From Dehalococcoidia bacterium (GTDB taxonomy: Bacteria; Chloroflexota; Dehalococcoidia; Plut-88900), in the NCBI GenBank assembly GCA_965249275.1, contig CBDFLQ010000007.1:96001-160000 (forward strand): DNA of 64,000 nucleotides, given 5' to 3'. Below, one piece after another: positions 29,113 through 38,134 of the stretch (position 1 is its first letter; the number at the start of each line of letters is the position of its first letter). The position numbers were made by a program, and so were the translations under genes. The notes under the pieces are model-generated. The model searched no databases. It saw only the letters and a program-made list of their open reading frames with translations, and was not told the DNA's origin.

Positions 29113-30591
29113 GTGTTCTTAGTTCCAAGGGTGATGAGCACCCAGCACCCCGACAACGCCGTTCCTGCTCCCTTCGCAGACTCTGAAGGAGTCCTTCGCG
29201 GCAATGGTGAGGTCAACGAGGCCTTCCACATCTTTTCCTTGGGCTGCGACGAGCAGATGTGGGACTCAGAGGGCAAGGAAGCCGACAACCACGTCGTCCA
29301 GAAATTGCTGACCGGCTTCCCCGAGTTCTTCCATAATGAGCGCCGACTTGGGCGCGACGTTATCCTCACCCTGCGCGTCCCCAACCCCGGCATCGAACGG
29401 GACATGCGGAAATCCATGGTCGAAGCCCTTCAGAGCGTGCCTTCCGCCCGGGATGTTGCCGACAGCTTCTACGGCGGCATGGAAGATGCCTCGGCGCCCA
29501 TCCAGGAGGTTATACTTCCCTTCACCACCTCTGCCGAGGAACTGTTTCTCGTTGAGGCCTACTACCGTAATGTCATCGTTGGGCAGGAAACTCTCTCCCT
29601 CCTCGACGGCCAAGTCGTGAAAGACTGGGTAGGCGAGTTCTTTCCCAAGCACATCCGTGTCATCCCCCTGATAGAGGATATAGAGCACCTCTACCAGTGC
29701 GATAGCATAGTGGAGGAATATCTGAAAGGAAGAGATTTGCCGGGCCAAAGGGTCTTTCTTGCCCGGAGCGACCCGGCCCTCAACTACGGCAATGTGGCCG
29801 CGGAACTGGCGCTGAAAGTAGCCCTTGTCCGCCTCCACGAACTTGGAGGTAGATTGGGCGTGCCCATTTTCCCCATCATTGGGGTTGGCTCCGTTCCCTT
29901 CCGAGGTCACCTGACTCCCCTTAATGTCGACCGGGCCCTTCGAGAATACCCCAGCGTGCATACATTTACCGTTCAGTCCGCCTTCAAGTACGACTACGAT
30001 ATCGACGCTGTCCGTAGTGGCATCGCTCAGCTCCACGCACACGAGCCTCGTGATCCGGTCCCCATAGATCAAACCCGAGCTCGTGAAGTCATAGACAAGA
30101 CCACTGTGGAGTACCAGGCCCGCGTCCATGACCTGCTCGAAGTGATCACTAGCGTGGCAGGACACGTTCCCAGGCGCCGCGAGCGCAAAATGCATGTCGG
30201 ATTATTCGGATACGGCCGCTCTCTTGGCGGCCTCGGCGGAGCTACTCTCCCACGCGCTATCGGATTCGCAGCTTCCCTCTATTCCATAGGCGTTCCACCG
30301 GAGCTGTTGGGCCTCGCTGCCCTTGATGAGGCCGACCTTGCCTTTGTCCGGGAGTCGTGTCCCAGCCTCAATGAGGACCTGCGCGCCGCCCTGCGCTTCA
30401 CCAACGAGCGTCACGTCCTGGACCTCCTCGGCGAAAACTATCTCCGCATAGTCGCCCAATTCACCGACGAGCTGGACCGTGTCCACGAAGGTCTAACCAG
30501 TGCAATTTGGGCCGGCATCAGCCAGGAGGCCCCCGTTCACATCTCCCACTACGTGCAAGAGGCGGCTCTCCTGCGTCGCTTCCTTGGGTAA
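29113..30591 (+). CDS. ppcA: Archaeal-type phosphoenolpyruvate carboxylase
   Basis: PRVMSTQHPDN, MWDSEGK, VIPLIED, FLARSDPALNYG, GSVPFRG, TFTVQSAFKYD, LPRAIGF; 492 aa. Confidence 0.92.
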   Translation: MFLVPRVMSTQHPDNAVPAPFADSEGVLRGNGEVNEAFHIFSLGCDEQMWDSEGKEADNHVVQKLLTGFPEFFHNERRLGRDVILTLRVPNPGIERDMRKSMVEALQSVPSARDVADSFYGGMEDASAPIQEVILPFTTSAEELFLVEAYYRNVIVGQETLSLLDGQVVKDWVGEFFPKHIRVIPLIEDIEHLYQCDSIVEEYLKGRDLPGQRVFLARSDPALNYGNVAAELALKVALVRLHELGGRLGVPIFPIIGVGSVPFRGHLTPLNVDRALREYPSVHTFTVQSAFKYDYDIDAVRSGIAQLHAHEPRDPVPIDQTRAREVIDKTTVEYQARVHDLLEVITSVAGHVPRRRERKMHVGLFGYGRSLGGLGGATLPRAIGFAASLYSIGVPPELLGLAALDEADLAFVRESCPSLNEDLRAALRFTNERHVLDLLGENYLRIVAQFTDELDRVHEGLTSAIWAGISQEAPVHISHYVQEAALLRRFLG

Positions 30592-30607
30592 GCGTCTACT
30601 TTGATGA

Positions 30608-30901
30608 TCAAGTTCGAATGCGTAGAGAGTTATACCCCCTGTAGACATCGCTCCTGTGTGCAATTCGAACAACCAGCACTACAAGCTCGTTGTCCAGCGG
30701 TGTGTAGACAATTCGATAGTCTCCGACTCGCAACCTGCGCAACCCTCTTAATCCACCCCTCAGCACACTTCCAGCCAAGGGTTAATCGCCGAGACTATTG
30801 ATAACTGAGGTTACGCGTAACCTATTCTGCTGAGGGAAACTCGTCAGTTCCTTCGCAGCGCTGCGCTTAATCCGAACCGAGTATGCCGGGCCTGACATCA
30901 T
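30608..30901 (-). pseudogene. RelE/StbE-type toxin interrupted by in-frame TAA
   Basis: Not in ORF track. MMSGPAYSVRIKRSAAKEL...SLGD*PLAGSVLRGGLRGLRRLRVGDYRIVY...VVRIAHRSDVYR; TAA at 30782-30784. Confidence 0.85.
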
Positions 30902-31088
30902 CCCAGTCCAGAATAAGGTCAGACGGGTCTCGCAGCCGGTCTAATGCTGCGGGCAGGTCATCAAAATCTTCCAAATATTGCTCCAGGGCTTGGCGCATCA
31001 CATCAGCTCGGCTGCGTCTCAGCTTGGCCGCTGCCGCATCCAAAGCTTCCACCATCTCATCCGACACACGCGTTGTAATTCTAGTCAT
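30867..31088 (-). CDS. Ribbon-helix-helix (CopG/RelB-like) antitoxin
   Basis: MTRITTRVSDEMVEALD...RSRADVMRQALEQYLED; acidic tail; overlaps the toxin start. Confidence 0.82.
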   Translation of the reverse strand: MTRITTRVSDEMVEALDAAAAKLRRSRADVMRQALEQYLEDFDDLPAALDRLRDPSDLILDWDDVRPGILGSD

Positions 31089-31208
31089 TGGACATGCTCC
31101 GTGAGGCACTAGGAGCTATGGAATCCCATTTACAATTCTTAGGATTACGATAGCCTTAACAGTAGTGACTGTCAAAGGACCGCCGACTCACGAAAAACCT
31201 CAACGCGA

Positions 31209-31241
31209 TAAGGCGGGAGCGCCAAGAGCGCTCCCGCCTTA
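31209..31241. terminator. Perfect 14-bp hairpin, possible terminator
   Basis: TAAGGCGGGAGCGC-CAAGA-GCGCTCCCGCCTTA; no strong U tract. Confidence 0.5.
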
Positions 31242-31493
31242 ATCTGGAATTGCCCTCCCGCTTTTCGGGCCCGATCTACTCCCTTATACCAACGGGCAAC
31301 TCGGGATCGCAGAATGCCAGATCCAAACTGTCAAAGTCGCTTTCGGGCACGTCCTGTAGCTGCTTTTGACCGGCCGTTTACATCATCCTGATATCCGGTG
31401 CTGTGAGGCAATAAAGGTCGGTTTTCTGTGTAAATCGCCTTACATACACCTATTTTGCTCCATCACCTGTTACCGTTTATCATTCAACTGGTG

Positions 31494-32003
31494 ATGCATT
31501 ACGGGATTAGAATACGCCGATTCGCTCTTGCGATTGCATTCCTGATCGTTTCCCTGACCCTGGTGGTCGCCTGCTCTTCGCCCCCGAGCATTGATGGACC
31601 AACCCCCACCCCAGCCCCGCCCACAGGGCAGGAACTCTTCGCAGCTACTTGCGCCACGTGCCACGGCGCCGAGGGCCAAGGCCAGTCCGACTGGCATATC
31701 CGCAAGCCTGATGGCATCTTCCCCGCCCCTCCCCTGAACGGAGATGGCCACACTTGGCACCACGGAGATGGGCTGCTCTACAGTATAGTGAGCCAGGGCG
31801 GACAGCTCTGGGAAGACCCTAACTTGCCACAGTTCAAGAGTGGCATGCCTGCATTTGGAGAACAGTTCACCCACGATGAGATTGTTGCAGTGCTCGAATA
31901 CGTCAAGAGTCTCTGGGATGACAAAGAAATCCGCGGCGTCTCCATCATCGAGCACCAGGCCCTCATGAGCGAAACCGACCCTTTTCCTTCCGACGGAAGC
32001 TAG
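31494..32003 (+). CDS. Monoheme c-type cytochrome lipoprotein
   Basis: Lipobox VVAC, CATCHG, PAPPLNGDGHTWHH, MPAFG. Start uncertain (31455-31494). Confidence 0.88.
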   Translation: MHYGIRIRRFALAIAFLIVSLTLVVACSSPPSIDGPTPTPAPPTGQELFAATCATCHGAEGQGQSDWHIRKPDGIFPAPPLNGDGHTWHHGDGLLYSIVSQGGQLWEDPNLPQFKSGMPAFGEQFTHDEIVAVLEYVKSLWDDKEIRGVSIIEHQALMSETDPFPSDGS

Positions 32004-32219
32004 CCTTCCACCGCCCGTTCCCTACGTCTTTACTCTCTCCTATGCCCGCACTTTGGCAAAAATAGGGTGGGTCTTCCAACAGGTTCTTGACCGGCCTATG
32101 AGCTTCTAATAAACTGCCAGTCACTCGGCCCCTTGACCATCCGTCTCGATACTATTCATGGCAATAGCCCGAGGTTAGCGCATTTAGGGTAACCCACCTG
32201 CCAGGAAGGAGCGTGCCGG

Positions 32220-33050
32220 TTGAAGAATCCAAACAACAACCCCGAGAAGCAAAAGGGCAGACCGACGCGCATAATGAGTGGCATCGAAGGTCATTTCCAG
32301 GGCAAGGTGCTTGCCGGTCTTCTGGAGCTCGTCCCCCTGCTGGTGACCGCAATTGTCGTTCTATTCATTGTAGGTAAGACGGATAGTTACGTCCGTGACC
32401 TGCCGTTCGTAAAAGAAGAGCCTTGGGATGTACCGGGCATCGGCTTAGCAGCCTTCGTCGTTGCGTTATATGTAATTGGGTTGCTGATTTCCTTCCGGCT
32501 CGGCAAGTGGGTTATCTCCCTCATCGGCGTCGTCCTTCTACGCGTTCCCGTGATCAAGGTCATCTACAGGCTCATGCTGCAGGTCACCAACGTAGTGGCT
32601 TCTGAATACGGTTTTAGTAGGGTGGTTTTCATAGAATGGCCCAGGGACGGTATGGTGGCCTTGGGATTCGTCACAGGCCGAGTACAGTCTAAGGACCGCG
32701 AGCATTCCCTGGTTACTGTCTATATTCCCACCATACCAAATCCCACATCCGGCAACATGGCCTTTGTAAACGAGGATGACGTTATGGAGACTGACATCTC
32801 CGTAGACTCTGCCATGAAGCTCGTTTTCTCCGGGGGGTTCGTACTGCCGGACACTCTTGCTATTGCACGCGTACCCAGAACTGACACCGACACCGACGCC
32901 GACGCCGATTTTCTGGGCGCTTTCGAAGCAGACAACAGTGCAAGGGACGGAGAGAACCAACAGCGGGATTCCGCATCTAAGGGCGAGTCCGGCGCTCCTG
33001 CCGTAGGAGGCCTGATGCCCAAAGGGACCGAGTCGGGGAAGTCTTCCTGA
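32220..33050 (+). CDS. DUF502-family membrane protein
   Basis: RVPVIKVIY, VVFIEWPRDG, GFVTG, VYIPTIPNPTSG, AMKLVFSGG. Confidence 0.85.
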   Translation: MKNPNNNPEKQKGRPTRIMSGIEGHFQGKVLAGLLELVPLLVTAIVVLFIVGKTDSYVRDLPFVKEEPWDVPGIGLAAFVVALYVIGLLISFRLGKWVISLIGVVLLRVPVIKVIYRLMLQVTNVVASEYGFSRVVFIEWPRDGMVALGFVTGRVQSKDREHSLVTVYIPTIPNPTSGNMAFVNEDDVMETDISVDSAMKLVFSGGFVLPDTLAIARVPRTDTDTDADADFLGAFEADNSARDGENQQRDSASKGESGAPAVGGLMPKGTESGKSS

Positions 33051-33156
33051 CAGGCGCCGTGCTTTGGACTCCTTGAAAGAGTGCAAAGTCTCGGCGCCAC
33101 TTTGGGTAATAAAGGCCTGCCCACGGATCAAGAAATGCCCTGCACGTGCTATAGGG

Positions 33157-35334
33157 TTAGGATGTAACCCCCGAAGCCGTTGCCTCTTCCACCATCTCTG
33201 TTGGGCGTTCCAGGGGCAGGGCCACAATCATCGTAGTGCCCTCCCCCGGCTCGGTTTCCACCCGTATCGCCCCCCCGTGCCGCCGCACGATGTCGTTTGA
33301 TATAGCCAGTCCAAGCCCCGTGCCCTGGTCCGTGGGCTTGGTAGTGAAGAATGGGTTGAATATCTTCTCTACCACGTCGGGGGGCATGCCCGTGCCGTTG
33401 TCCCGGATCCGAATTTCCACCCCATCCTCTTTTCGTATAGTAGACATCCACAAAGTCGGTTCGAAAGGTACTCCTTCCGCCATGGAAGCGCGGCGCCTCT
33501 GGTCGGTAGCATAGCAGGCGTTGCTGACTATGTTGAGGAAGACACGACCTAGTTGCTGGGGGACAACCTCTAGTTTCCCAACATCGGGGTTCAAGTCCCA
33601 TTGGAGGTCTACCTGGAACTCCTGGTTCGTGGCCCTGGTGCTGTGATAGGCCAGCCGGGCATGCTGGTCCACCAGTCCGTTGATGTCTGATTCCTGCCAG
33701 TCTCCCGAGTCTCTTCCCATCCTCAGCATATCGTGGACTATGCGGTTTGCCCGCTCGCCGTGAGAGCGTATCCGGACGACATTGCTCGTCAGGTCATCGG
33801 TGATCTCTTTCACCAGGCCCCGCTGTTCGTCGGGCAGGACTACACCCTCCTCCTCCAATATCTCCCGCAACTCTTCGATCAGCTCTCCCGACGCCTCGGA
33901 GAAGTTGTTGACGAAGTTCAACGGGTTGCGTATCTCATGCGCAACCCCCGCCGTTAGCTCACCGAGAGCGGCCAGCTTCTCCCGCATCACTATCTGGTCC
34001 TGTGCCTTCCGAAGCTCGGTTAGGACGCTCTCCAACTGCCCATTCTTGTCCTGAAGCTCGCCCGCTAGCTTCTCCACCTCGTTTAGCCGTAACGCCTCCA
34101 GGGCATTACGACGGAACACTTCAAGCGCAGCGGCCATGTCGGCAACCTCATCCTTGCCGCTCATCTCGACTCGCGCCTCCAGGTCTCCCCCCGCCATCCG
34201 GCGCATCCACTCGGAAAGCATCCCCAGCCGCCGCAGCAGCACCCTGCCGATAAACAGCCAGATAATTAGCGTCGCACCAATAATGCTTAAACCACTAATT
34301 ACCAGCAGCAGCGTACGTCCCGTGAATATCGCCTGGGTTGACGCCTGCGTCGCAACTGCCGCGCTGGCTTCTGCCGCGCTGACCAGACCGTCAACCTCCT
34401 CTACCAGGTCTACGGATATGTCCCGGTTAAAGGCCAGCAAGTCTCCTTGTTGCTGCGCTATCTGCAGCTCTCTTGCGAACACGTTGAAAATGCTGTCTTC
34501 ACCTGTCCCCAACTCAAACAACCTGGCGTAAATCGGTGCCGCCTCTTCGTAGAAACCCAATGCCCTCTGGGCTTCCAGGTTCCGGTCGATCCTTTCCACC
34601 GCCGCCTCGAACCGTTCCCTCAACGGCTCTATAAAAGATTCATCCGAAAGTGTGAATGCGTTGGCCAGAAGTTCGGTGGCGATGTTGGTGTCGGCCTGCA
34701 TCTCCGTAAGCCTTCGATAGCGGACGACCTGTTGCTCCGACAAGTGGGCCGGACGGGATACAGCACTGCCCTCGACGGTAACGTGCCCGGTGAGGACATA
34801 GAAGAGTTGATCGTCTATGGCAGGGGCCAATAGGGCGTCCAACTGGCTCCGCAGATCTGCGAGCTCAGCCTGCAAGCTCAATCTGTTTTCAGTTAGCTGG
34901 AACACCTCCGCCATGCTGAACTTTAGGTCATTGATATTGGTGATCAGTGTCTCTGCGTGAGTCAGGATCTCCTCTACCCGCTCCCTTCCTGCACTTTCGC
35001 TCTCTTCAAGAACGGTGATCTGCTCTTCGAATGATAGAAAAGCGTGATCAATGTTCCCCGCCACAAGGGCCAGTTCCAGTGGATTAGCGGCTGTAGTAAG
35101 GCTGGGCGCTGCGGCCACTAGAGTACTGCCGTACTGTGCCACTTCAAACGCAGCGGCCAATTCCGGCACACTTCCTTCGTTCACCCTGCTTTGCACTTCC
35201 CCTACCCGGTTGAACGAAAACCATCCGACCAAACTGGCTGCGATAGTCATGACCACAGCGCCGCCAACCGCGAGGTACAGCTGCGTGGATATCCTTGATC
35301 GCCTGGCCAGTATCCGCTTTAGTTGCTCGACCAT
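33157..35334 (-). CDS. Membrane sensor histidine kinase (large helical extracellular domain, HAMP)
   Basis: Two TMs, HAMP, LTAGVAHEIRNPLN, RVFLNIVSNA, DNGTGM, PFFTTK, GTGLGL. Confidence 0.93.
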   Translation of the reverse strand: MVEQLKRILARRSRISTQLYLAVGGAVVMTIAASLVGWFSFNRVGEVQSRVNEGSVPELAAAFEVAQYGSTLVAAAPSLTTAANPLELALVAGNIDHAFLSFEEQITVLEESESAGRERVEEILTHAETLITNINDLKFSMAEVFQLTENRLSLQAELADLRSQLDALLAPAIDDQLFYVLTGHVTVEGSAVSRPAHLSEQQVVRYRRLTEMQADTNIATELLANAFTLSDESFIEPLRERFEAAVERIDRNLEAQRALGFYEEAAPIYARLFELGTGEDSIFNVFARELQIAQQQGDLLAFNRDISVDLVEEVDGLVSAAEASAAVATQASTQAIFTGRTLLLVISGLSIIGATLIIWLFIGRVLLRRLGMLSEWMRRMAGGDLEARVEMSGKDEVADMAAALEVFRRNALEALRLNEVEKLAGELQDKNGQLESVLTELRKAQDQIVMREKLAALGELTAGVAHEIRNPLNFVNNFSEASGELIEELREILEEEGVVLPDEQRGLVKEITDDLTSNVVRIRSHGERANRIVHDMLRMGRDSGDWQESDINGLVDQHARLAYHSTRATNQEFQVDLQWDLNPDVGKLEVVPQQLGRVFLNIVSNACYATDQRRRASMAEGVPFEPTLWMSTIRKEDGVEIRIRDNGTGMPPDVVEKIFNPFFTTKPTDQGTGLGLAISNDIVRRHGGAIRVETEPGEGTTMIVALPLERPTEMVEEATASGVTS

Positions 35335-36578
35335 GCCTCCGCCTCTTGCAGGTTGTCGACAGCATGGTACGCACCGTCGTTACCTATAACCGTAAGAAAC
35401 ACTTTGTCCGATCCCTGGTTGTCGCCTTCCCCAAACTGCAACTCAAACCCTCCGATGTCGATCTGGCTGGAGCCCAAGATGCTATCCATAAAACATTCTC
35501 GGTTTACGTCTCGCCCACACTTTTCCAGCCCGGCTATTGCCATTCGGCCTGCCAGGTATCCTTCAAGGGAGACGAATCCCGGCGTCGTCTCCGGGGCATG
35601 TGCCCCAAGAGCCTCCTGGTAGGCCTCTACCACCGGGAGAGAATCGTCCCAGGGGAACGGCACCACTTGCGTCACAATCACCCCCGCGCCATTGATTCCC
35701 AGCTCTTCCCTCAGCGCATTGCTCCCGACGAACGATACGTTCAGGAATATCGAGTCGAAGCCCAGGCGTCGGGCCCAGATTATCAGCTCCGCACATGGCT
35801 CGTAGGCCCCAATCATGATCACGGCCTCGGGCTCCCCTTCCATCAGGTCGAGCAGGGCAGTTTTTACCGCTGTCGTGTTGCGCTGGTACAGTCCCACCGC
35901 AACGGGTTCCATGCCGTGAGGTTCAAGCGCGGCAACCACTCCCCTATATCCGCTTCGACCATAGGAATCGTCCTGGTACATTACGCCGATCCTGGTGATG
36001 TCCAAGTCCTCCATTAGCCGAGCCACCATCTCCGCCGTCTCCTGCTGGTAAGACGAACGCAAGTTGATGATATTGTCCCAGCTCGGGTCTCGCAGGAATC
36101 CTGCGCCCGTAAACGGGCCTATGAAGGGCACGTTGGACGCGGCCGCTACCGGTGTAGCTGAGCGGGACGTGGGTGTGCCCACTTCCCCTATCAAGGCAAA
36201 GACCTCGTCTTCATCTATTAGACGGTGGGTGTTGGCTATGGAAGCCTCGGGTTCGTAGGAGTCGTTATAGGATACGAGTTCGAGGCGCCGCCCGTGGACT
36301 CCCCCGTTCGCATTCGCCTCGGCAAATGCAACTTCAATGCCCAGCCGCATATTCTTGCCCAGTTCTTGCGCGGGCCCCTCAAACGCTGCCGACTGCCCAA
36401 AAAGCACCCTATCGTCCGATACTCCATGATTATCGGGCGTTGCCGGCACGGCGGTTGCCCTGGGTGTGGGGAGGGGCGTGCCCTCCGGTCCGTTGCAGCC
36501 CGAGACTACCAGTAAGGCCAGGACGCTCACCAGAAAAAACGCCAGGAGCATTGGGATTACGGGACGGGTGCCTCTCAT
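35319..36578 (-). CDS. Branched-chain amino acid-type solute-binding lipoprotein without cognate permease
   Basis: Lipobox VSGC, GQSAAFEGP, GGVHGRRLEL, DSYEP, LIGEVGTPTS. Confidence 0.88.
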   Translation of the reverse strand: MRGTRPVIPMLLAFFLVSVLALLVVSGCNGPEGTPLPTPRATAVPATPDNHGVSDDRVLFGQSAAFEGPAQELGKNMRLGIEVAFAEANANGGVHGRRLELVSYNDSYEPEASIANTHRLIDEDEVFALIGEVGTPTSRSATPVAAASNVPFIGPFTGAGFLRDPSWDNIINLRSSYQQETAEMVARLMEDLDITRIGVMYQDDSYGRSGYRGVVAALEPHGMEPVAVGLYQRNTTAVKTALLDLMEGEPEAVIMIGAYEPCAELIIWARRLGFDSIFLNVSFVGSNALREELGINGAGVIVTQVVPFPWDDSLPVVEAYQEALGAHAPETTPGFVSLEGYLAGRMAIAGLEKCGRDVNRECFMDSILGSSQIDIGGFELQFGEGDNQGSDKVFLTVIGNDGAYHAVDNLQEAEAWSSN

Positions 36579-36626
36579 CAGAGTCTAAAGCCCTCCGATC
36601 CCTGCGTTACACAGGATCAGTTGCCT

Positions 36627-37802
36627 CTAAACGGCGTAACAGCCCAGGGTAAGACATGTGATGTCATCGTGCTGGGGTGCATTCTCAGCAAAGTGGTTCA
36701 CGGCTTTGACTACCTCTATCCCAACCTCTGCCGCGTCTCTAGGCGTAGTGTTTGCGAATATCCGCTGTACCCGTTTGATTCCCAGTTGCACGCCTTCGCT
36801 GTTCATTGCCTCGGTTACTCCGTCAGTATAAAGCACTAACGTATCACCCGAAGATAGATATACGGTCTCCTGCCGGTACTCAAAATCCGCAAGGACGCCC
36901 AGAGCTAGGCCCCCTGTAAGGGGAAGAAGGGAGGAGGTACCGTCGCTGTGGAGCAGTAGAGGCGGATCGTGGCCGCCGCTTGCATAGGTCAAGGCGCGGG
37001 TGTCGGGGTTGTACACCGCATAAAGCATCGTAACAAACATTTCGGCGCTGTTGTCCTCGTGGAGCAGGTTGTTTACTTCGGAAAGCACCGCCCCGGGCCC
37101 GTCCATTCCAATAGCCGCGCCCTTCAGCAGTGTACGGCTCGACATCATGAACAATGCAGCCGGCACCCCCTTGCCCGACACATCCGCTATGGCCAGACCT
37201 ATCTGCCCATTCTGCAGCCGTATGACGTCATAGAAGTCTCCTCCCACGTTCCGGGCCGGTTGCATCGTCCCAAATACTTTGTACCTGTCGCTGATAGGAA
37301 ATGCAGTGGGCAGAATGGACTGTTGCATGGTGCTAGCGACATTCAGCTCGTTCTGAAGGACCACCAGTTTATCGCGCGCATTGAGGGCGTCTCGTAGCTC
37401 CTCTATGTGCTGCAACGTCCTGTCTATAGTGAAGCGGAGATCGTCGAAGTCCACCGGCTTGGTCACGAAGTCGAACGCACCTCTGTTCATGGCCGTCCGG
37501 ATGTTCTTCATGTCGCCGTATGCCGAAATAATCACCGACCGCAGATTTGGGCTTACCTTCGGTATCTGCTCAAGCAGCGAAAGCCCGTCCATTCTCGGCA
37601 TGTTGATGTCCGACAGGACCATGTCGATCTCTTCGTCTGCCTCTAGCATCTCCAGGGCCTCGACTCCGTCCCCAGCGAAGCAAAACTGATAGCGCCCCGA
37701 CCGGATATCGCGCCGCATCCGCTGAAGCATGAGGGGTTCCAGGTCAGGCTCGTCGTCGACCACTAGGATTTTGTAGGGCTTAAGCCTGTCTGCCGTTGTC
37801 AT
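36627..37802 (-). CDS. Response regulator receiver fused to SpoIIE/PP2C phosphatase
   Basis: ILVVDDE, SDINMPRMDG, GGDFYD, ADVSGKG, YTDGVTEA, DDIT. Confidence 0.92.
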   Translation of the reverse strand: MTTADRLKPYKILVVDDEPDLEPLMLQRMRRDIRSGRYQFCFAGDGVEALEMLEADEEIDMVLSDINMPRMDGLSLLEQIPKVSPNLRSVIISAYGDMKNIRTAMNRGAFDFVTKPVDFDDLRFTIDRTLQHIEELRDALNARDKLVVLQNELNVASTMQQSILPTAFPISDRYKVFGTMQPARNVGGDFYDVIRLQNGQIGLAIADVSGKGVPAALFMMSSRTLLKGAAIGMDGPGAVLSEVNNLLHEDNSAEMFVTMLYAVYNPDTRALTYASGGHDPPLLLHSDGTSSLLPLTGGLALGVLADFEYRQETVYLSSGDTLVLYTDGVTEAMNSEGVQLGIKRVQRIFANTTPRDAAEVGIEVVKAVNHFAENAPQHDDITCLTLGCYAV

Positions 37803-38134
37803 CTGTGCCTTTTTATATCCGTCTTGGCAAATGGGGTATCGGACACAAGCCACCAGCATTGAAGAAATAGTAGGTTAAGTTGGCAGAGAAACTGTGCCTG
37901 GTCAACATGGTCCACGCGGTCATTGCACCTCGTAAGTAGTGGGTTTCGCTCTTCCTTTCGGCGCTGAGTATCGCGTGCCGAGACAGTCTACAACATGGTA
38001 GCTACGTGCGACAATGTATTGCACTTGTTTAATACTTTTGTTTTGTTCCAGTTGCACCCAATGTCCCGACCGACTAAAGTTGGCCTGTATCTATCAGTTT
38101 GGCCCTCCCCGTCATTCAGGTAAGGAGCATACTA

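Noticed and set aside
30782-30784. Recoding of the TAA stops in the toxin and at 45321-45323
   Set aside because: TAA is the normal stop in many genes here and no recoding signal is visible; nonsense mutation is simpler.
31274-31290. yybP-ykoY riboswitch (minus-strand AAGGGGAGTAG)
   Set aside because: The downstream conserved elements are missing and no suitable gene follows.
32883-32909. GACACC/GACGCC hexamer run as a phase-variation tract
   Set aside because: In-frame, short and located in a low-complexity tail.
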